From positions 40,190-104,189 of the forward strand of contig JACKPD010000003.1 in NCBI GenBank assembly GCA_024233785.1: a stretch of DNA of 64,000 nt. Reading direction: 5' to 3'. This stretch comes from Spirochaetales bacterium (GTDB lineage: Bacteria > Spirochaetota > Spirochaetia > CADAEX01). The translations under genes were made by a program, and so were the position numbers. The notes below the pieces were generated by a model, which saw nothing but the letters and a program-made list of their open reading frames with translations, was not told where the DNA came from and made no database searches. Shown here piece after piece: positions 60,101 to 64,000 of this stretch. Position 1 is the stretch's first letter. Each line of letters starts with the position of its first letter.

Positions 60101-61429
60101 ACATACAAGAGGATGAAGCTTTATCGCCTTTCCCTGAACAAGCACCGGCTCGAAAGCCTGAATACCAAGCCTGTGAAGGGTCGGCGCCCTGTTAAGAAGA
60201 ACAGGATGTTCCCTGACTACATCGTCGAGAACCGCCCACACTTCAGCAGTTTCCTGCTCAACAAGTGTTTTTGCTTTTTTTATGTTATAAACTACGTCTT
60301 TTTCAACAAGCTTTTTCATAATAAAGGGCTTGTAAAGCTCAAGCGCCATCTTTGCAGGAAGCCCGCACTGATGAAGACTTAGCTCAGGACCGACTACAAT
60401 TACCGAGCGGCCTGAATAGTCAACCCTTTTACCGAGAAGGTTCTGCCTGAACCTGCCCTGCTTTCCTTTCAGCATATCCGAAAGGGATTTAAGCGGCCTG
60501 TTGGCTGAACCCTTTACTACTTTTTTCTTTTTTGAATTATCGAACAGGGCATCAACCGCTTCCTGGAGCATTCTCTTTTCATTCCTGATAATAATATCAG
60601 GAGCGTTTAAAGCCATCAGCCTTTTAAGCCTGTTGTTTCTGTTTATTACCCTTCTGTATAAATCATTAAGGTCCGAGGTAGCAAATCTCCCCCCTTCGAG
60701 CTGCACCATAGGCCTCAGCTCGGGAGGTATTACAGGGATAACATCCAGAATCATCCATTCCGGCTTGTTTTTGGAATCCCTGAAATTTTCAACTATTTCT
60801 ATTCGCTTTAGTAGTCTTCTGTCTGATTTTGCGCCCTTTTCAACCATTTTAATTCTAAGTTCAGCTGAAAGAGCGTCCAGATCAAGGGTTTCAAGCAGTG
60901 TCCTTATCGCTTCCGCCCCGATACCGGCAGTAAAGCTCATTCCGTATCTTTCTACTGCTTCATTATAGTCTTCTTCCGACAGGAGATCATGTTTTTTAAG
61001 TTCTGTATCGCCTGCGTCAATAACAATATATTTTTCGTAATATAAAATTGACCTTAGCGAGGCAACTGTAAGATCAAGGAGAAGACCCATTCTTGAGGGG
61101 ACTGACCTGTAATACCAGATGTGGGAAACAGGGGATGCAAGCTCGATATGCCCCATCCTTTCCCTTCTGACCTTGAAGTGAGTTACTTCAACGCCGCATC
61201 TGTCGCAGATTACCCCTTTATACCTTATGGACTTGAATTTACCGCAGTAACATTCCCATTCCTTGGTAGTACCGAAAATTCTTTCGCAGAACAGACCGTC
61301 TTTTTCCGGACGGAGCGTTCTGTAATTAATTGTTTCCGGTTTTTTTACCTCGCCGTAAGACCATGCCCTGATCTGGTCCGGCGAAGCAAGTTTTATCATA
61401 ATATTGTCAAAATCCTGCATTTCTCTCAT
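57200..61429 (-). CDS. rpoC: DNA-directed RNA polymerase subunit beta'
   Basis: Zinc-binding CxxC near the N-terminus and NADFDGD catalytic motif. ORF track start is GTG at 61438; ATG at 61427-61429 is more likely. Confidence 0.97.
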   Translation of the reverse strand: MREMQDFDNIMIKLASPDQIRAWSYGEVKKPETINYRTLRPEKDGLFCERIFGTTKEWECYCGKFKSIRYKGVICDRCGVEVTHFKVRRERMGHIELASPVSHIWYYRSVPSRMGLLLDLTVASLRSILYYEKYIVIDAGDTELKKHDLLSEEDYNEAVERYGMSFTAGIGAEAIRTLLETLDLDALSAELRIKMVEKGAKSDRRLLKRIEIVENFRDSKNKPEWMILDVIPVIPPELRPMVQLEGGRFATSDLNDLYRRVINRNNRLKRLMALNAPDIIIRNEKRMLQEAVDALFDNSKKKKVVKGSANRPLKSLSDMLKGKQGRFRQNLLGKRVDYSGRSVIVVGPELSLHQCGLPAKMALELYKPFIMKKLVEKDVVYNIKKAKTLVEQETAEVWAVLDDVVREHPVLLNRAPTLHRLGIQAFEPVLVQGKAIKLHPLVCHAYNADFDGDQMAVHVPLTQAAQIECWTLMLSVNNLLNPANGSPIVFPSLDMVLGINYLTVARKGAKGEGRYFYSFEEVLMAIDARSLDYQAVCKVKIDGKYIETTPGRLIFNEAMPEEIEYINAPLTDKELKAMVAKCYKDNGAYITVKMLDSIKKLGFKYATIFGSTISMEDVVIPVEKKNLIEDANNQVTVIHNQYLQGHITQDERYNRVIEVWSKTNEDLTNVLMKTLKEDRQGFNPIYMMANSGARGSRTQLRQLAGMRGLMAKPSGDIIELPIRANFKEGLSIIEFFISTNGARKGLADTALKTADAGYLTRRLVDIAQDVVVNEEDCGTINGIVISALKDGEEIVEPLADRIQGRYTLERVKHPITGEILVDVNEEISDELATIIEESGIEHVRIRSVLTCDSKFGVCQKCYGRNLATNKGVEIGEAVGIIAAQSIGQPGTQLTMRTFHIGGAATKASEENRVYLKYPVLIRKITGNTVELDNKDVLFTRKGFIQVSKILGKIEIKQGDKILVEEGGKVIAGNPVIKRGKEEILSDEIAYVAIIDKNLYLISQEQKVEIRNGAELLVKEGDVVPAESSIARFDPFSEPIIAEFSGVVRYHDIILGTTLKEEINEDTGNIEKKITEYTLETLQPRIVLADNDDNELATYYLPGGSYINVDDGARISAGKILAKLLKESVKTRDITGGLPRVGELFEARKPKSIAVLSQISGKVKFGGIIKGKRLIIITDDRGIDFKHLVPMGKHLLVRDGDLVEAGEPLSEGDNDPHDILDILGENALQRFLMNEIQEVYRLQGVHINDKHIGVIVRQMMRKVEISHVGDTTFIQGHQVDKYRFHEENAKVIREGGESAIAKPLLLGITRASLNIDSFLSAASFQETTRVLTNAAIAGKIDNLRGLKENIIIGHLIPAGTGQKIYKNIKLFDESNEDIDASIQTILEARKKEELEAASMQPKQHSLDELD

Positions 61430-61448
61430 CAATAACACCCCTTCCTGG

Positions 61449-64000
61449 TCAGAAATTGGTTCCCTGTCTGTTTATGAGTTCTTCATCCCTTTCTGTAAGG
61501 GGAACCTGTCTTCCTCTGGAGTCCCAGATCGAGATATCAAGCGCCAGTCCTCTGAGTTCCTGTACAATTACGTTGAATGCTTCAGGTATTCCGGCAGCAG
61601 AGTTGGGTTCACCCTTTACTATGCTTTCATATATCTTGGCACGTCCTGCCATATCATCAGATTTTATTGTAATAAATTCCTGCAGAGTATTGGCAGCGCC
61701 GTAAGCCTCGAGCGCCCAGACTTCCATCTCTCCAAGTCTCTGTCCGCCGAACTGTGCCTTTCCGCCGAGCGGCTGCTGGGTAACAAGCGAATACGGGCCG
61801 GTTGACCTTGCATGCATCTTGTCATCAACAAGGTGATGAAGCTTGAGCATGTAAACACAGCCGACCATTACCGGGTTTTCAAAAGGCTCGCCTGTAAGTC
61901 CGTCATAAAGAGTTATCTTTGACGTTTCAGAAAGATGCGCTTCCTTAAGCTTGCCGGCAATCATTTCATTTGTTGCTGACTGGAACACAGGTGTAGCGTA
62001 TTTTTCTCCAAGCACATAACCTGCCCACCCGAGACTGGTTTCCATAAGCTGTCCGAGGTTCATACGGGAAGGGACACCAAGCGGATTCAGACAGATGTCT
62101 ACCGGCGTTCCGTCTGCCATATGCGGCATATCCTCTTCAGCAAGAACGCGGGAGACAACACCCTTGTTGCCGTGCCTTCCCGCCATCTTGTCCCCTTCCT
62201 GGAGTTTCCTCTTGGTTGCAATAAGTATCTTTACAACCTCGTCAACGCCCGGATTGAGATCATCACCTTCGGCCCTTTTCAATCTCTGTATATCTATAAT
62301 TGTCCCTTCAACACCGTGAGGAACCCTCAATGATGTATCGCGGACTTCCTTTGCTTTTTCACCGAAAATTGAGTTCAGCAGCTTGAACTCCGGGGTTGTC
62401 TCTGTCTCGGATTTGGGAGTAACCTTTCCGACAAGAATGTACCCCGACTTTACCTTTGCCCCGATCCTGATAATGCCTTCCTCATCAAGCTGCTCAAGCG
62501 CTTTCTCTCCAATGTTTGGAATATCCCGTGTAAGCTTTTCTGTACCGAGCTTGGTTTCCCGAACTTCAGTAACAAATTCCTTTATATGGATAGAAGTAAA
62601 AATATCTTCCTTTACTACTTTTTCAGAAATAAGGATCGCATCCTCGTAGTTATAACCGTTCCATGGAAGAAAAGCCACAAGCACGTTCCGTCCAAGGGCA
62701 AGTTCACCAAATGAAGTTGCAGATCCATCCCCGAGAACAGTACCCTTCTCCACCTTGTCACCAGGCTTCACAAGAGGTTTCTGTGTAAAACAGGTGTCCT
62801 GGTTTGTTCTCTGGTATTTAAGGAGTTTGTAGTTATCCTCAAGACCGTCTTCCCTCTGGACAGTAATCTTTTCAGCTGAAACATAAGTTACAGTTCCCGC
62901 ATTTCTGGCTTTTATTACAACACCTGAATCATAGGCTGTTTTAGCCTCCATACCTGTTCCCACTATCGGGGATTCAGGAAAAAGAAGCGGGACTGCCTGT
63001 CTCATCATGTTTGATCCCATGAGCGCCCTGTTTGCATCATCATGCTCAAGAAAAGGGACCAGAGATGTTGAAACAGATATAACCTGTTTCGGCGAAACAT
63101 CCATATACTGTATCCCGCCCGGGGCCCTTGTAGTATAGTCGCCTGCCTTTCTAACAGATACCTGCTCAGCGCAGAAAGTTCCGTCTTCGTTAATAGGCGC
63201 ATTAGCCTGGGCTATATAGTATTTTTCCTCATCTATTGCGGAAAGATATTCAACCTCACCGGTAGCGCGGCCTTCTTTAACCTTCCTGTAGGGCGTTTCG
63301 AGAAACCCGTAATCATTTACCCTTGTATAGTTTGCGAGGGAAACAATAAGACCGATATTCGGTCCTTCAGGCGTTTCAATCGGACACATTCTTCCGTAAT
63401 GGGTATAATGGACATCCCTTACTTCAAATCCTGCCCTGTCTCTGGAAAGACCTCCAGGCCCGAGGGCATTAAGACGCCTCTTATGGGTAAGCTCGGAAAG
63501 AGGATTGACCTGGTCCATGAACTGGGAAAGCTGGCTTGAACCGAAAAATTCCTTGATCGCCGCCACAATCGGCTTGATCGAAATAAGGTCCTGCGGTTTT
63601 ATGGTATCTGTCTCCTTGAGAGACATCCTTTCCTTTGCAATCCTTTCCATCCTGACAAATGCTGTTTTCAGGTGGTTAGCGAGAAGCTCACCCACCGATC
63701 TGACTCTCCTGTTGCCAAGATGGTCAATATCATCAACATTTTCTTCGCCGATATATACCTTTATAAGATAGAACATGGTATTTGTAATATCGTCTTTTGT
63801 AAGGACCTGGTCATCAAGCTGCGGGTTATAATCATACTTTTTGTTAAGCTTGTACCTTCCGACCCTGCCGAGATCATACCGTCTCGCGGAAAAAAACATG
63901 GATTTAAGATCTTTTTCCGCGCTTTCAACTGTAATAGGTTCACCCGGAAGGAGAACAGAGTATACAGCAGACAGTGCATCGTCTTTTGTCGGTTCGTCAG
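61449..64000 (-). CDS. rpoB: DNA-directed RNA polymerase subunit beta (3' portion; N-terminus lies beyond the window)
   Basis: Conserved beta C-terminal regions. The reading frame stays open to the window edge. Confidence 0.95.
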   Translation of the reverse strand, partial: DEPTKDDALSAVYSVLLPGEPITVESAEKDLKSMFFSARRYDLGRVGRYKLNKKYDYNPQLDDQVLTKDDITNTMFYLIKVYIGEENVDDIDHLGNRRVRSVGELLANHLKTAFVRMERIAKERMSLKETDTIKPQDLISIKPIVAAIKEFFGSSQLSQFMDQVNPLSELTHKRRLNALGPGGLSRDRAGFEVRDVHYTHYGRMCPIETPEGPNIGLIVSLANYTRVNDYGFLETPYRKVKEGRATGEVEYLSAIDEEKYYIAQANAPINEDGTFCAEQVSVRKAGDYTTRAPGGIQYMDVSPKQVISVSTSLVPFLEHDDANRALMGSNMMRQAVPLLFPESPIVGTGMEAKTAYDSGVVIKARNAGTVTYVSAEKITVQREDGLEDNYKLLKYQRTNQDTCFTQKPLVKPGDKVEKGTVLGDGSATSFGELALGRNVLVAFLPWNGYNYEDAILISEKVVKEDIFTSIHIKEFVTEVRETKLGTEKLTRDIPNIGEKALEQLDEEGIIRIGAKVKSGYILVGKVTPKSETETTPEFKLLNSIFGEKAKEVRDTSLRVPHGVEGTIIDIQRLKRAEGDDLNPGVDEVVKILIATKRKLQEGDKMAGRHGNKGVVSRVLAEEDMPHMADGTPVDICLNPLGVPSRMNLGQLMETSLGWAGYVLGEKYATPVFQSATNEMIAGKLKEAHLSETSKITLYDGLTGEPFENPVMVGCVYMLKLHHLVDDKMHARSTGPYSLVTQQPLGGKAQFGGQRLGEMEVWALEAYGAANTLQEFITIKSDDMAGRAKIYESIVKGEPNSAAGIPEAFNVIVQELRGLALDISIWDSRGRQVPLTERDEELINRQGTNF

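Noticed and set aside
1-64000. CRISPR arrays, IS elements, transposases, integrases, phage genes
   Set aside because: No direct-repeat/spacer periodicity, no DDE or recombinase-like ORFs, and no flanking inverted repeats were seen.

Overview
This 64 kb window is a gene-dense bacterial chromosomal segment of about 40% GC, almost entirely coding, mostly on the minus strand. No rRNA, tRNA, CRISPR array or mobile element was recognisable. Phylum cannot be assigned from sequence alone.

From low to high coordinate:
- Signalling and housekeeping genes: a sensor diguanylate cyclase (GGDEF), a beta-CASP MBL ribonuclease-like gene, pcm, alr, a methyl-accepting chemotaxis protein, and several secreted or membrane hypotheticals.
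- A complete, tightly overlapping shikimate/chorismate-to-Phe/Tyr supraoperon (aroF, aroB, aroD, an aroE-aroK fusion, aroA, aroC, pheA, tyrA). A strong intrinsic terminator hairpin plus U9 sits inside its roughly 100 nt leader, so it looks like an attenuator.
- A divergent, very AT-rich promoter region driving a Lys/Ala-repeat histone H1-like protein, then a nucleotidyltransferase, a TPM-domain protein and LemA.
- grpE-dnaK-dnaJ without hrcA or CIRCE, preceded in the same orientation by a 1184 aa membrane-anchored coiled-coil protein with a C-terminal HTH.
- ptsI, der, a secreted hypothetical and a HAD hydrolase; a GerMN protein; a 990 aa two-TM protein with acidic tandem repeats, then rny-ymdB-tlyA.
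- A long ribosomal super-operon running rpoB(partial)-rpoC-rpsL-rpsG-tuf-S10-spc-alpha through to rplQ.

Notable points in the ribosomal region:
- fusA is absent between rpsG and tuf. The 317 nt spacer contains a 28 bp near-perfect inverted repeat and an odd GC-rich NotI/NdeI/XhoI cluster.
- An unannotated rpmJ (L36) lies between rpsM and secY, with no infA, adk or map between them.
- L17 carries a 70 aa Lys-rich tail and L24 ends in a Cys4 zinc ribbon.

The ORF track allows GTG and TTG starts, so several N-termini were trimmed to the likely ATG.
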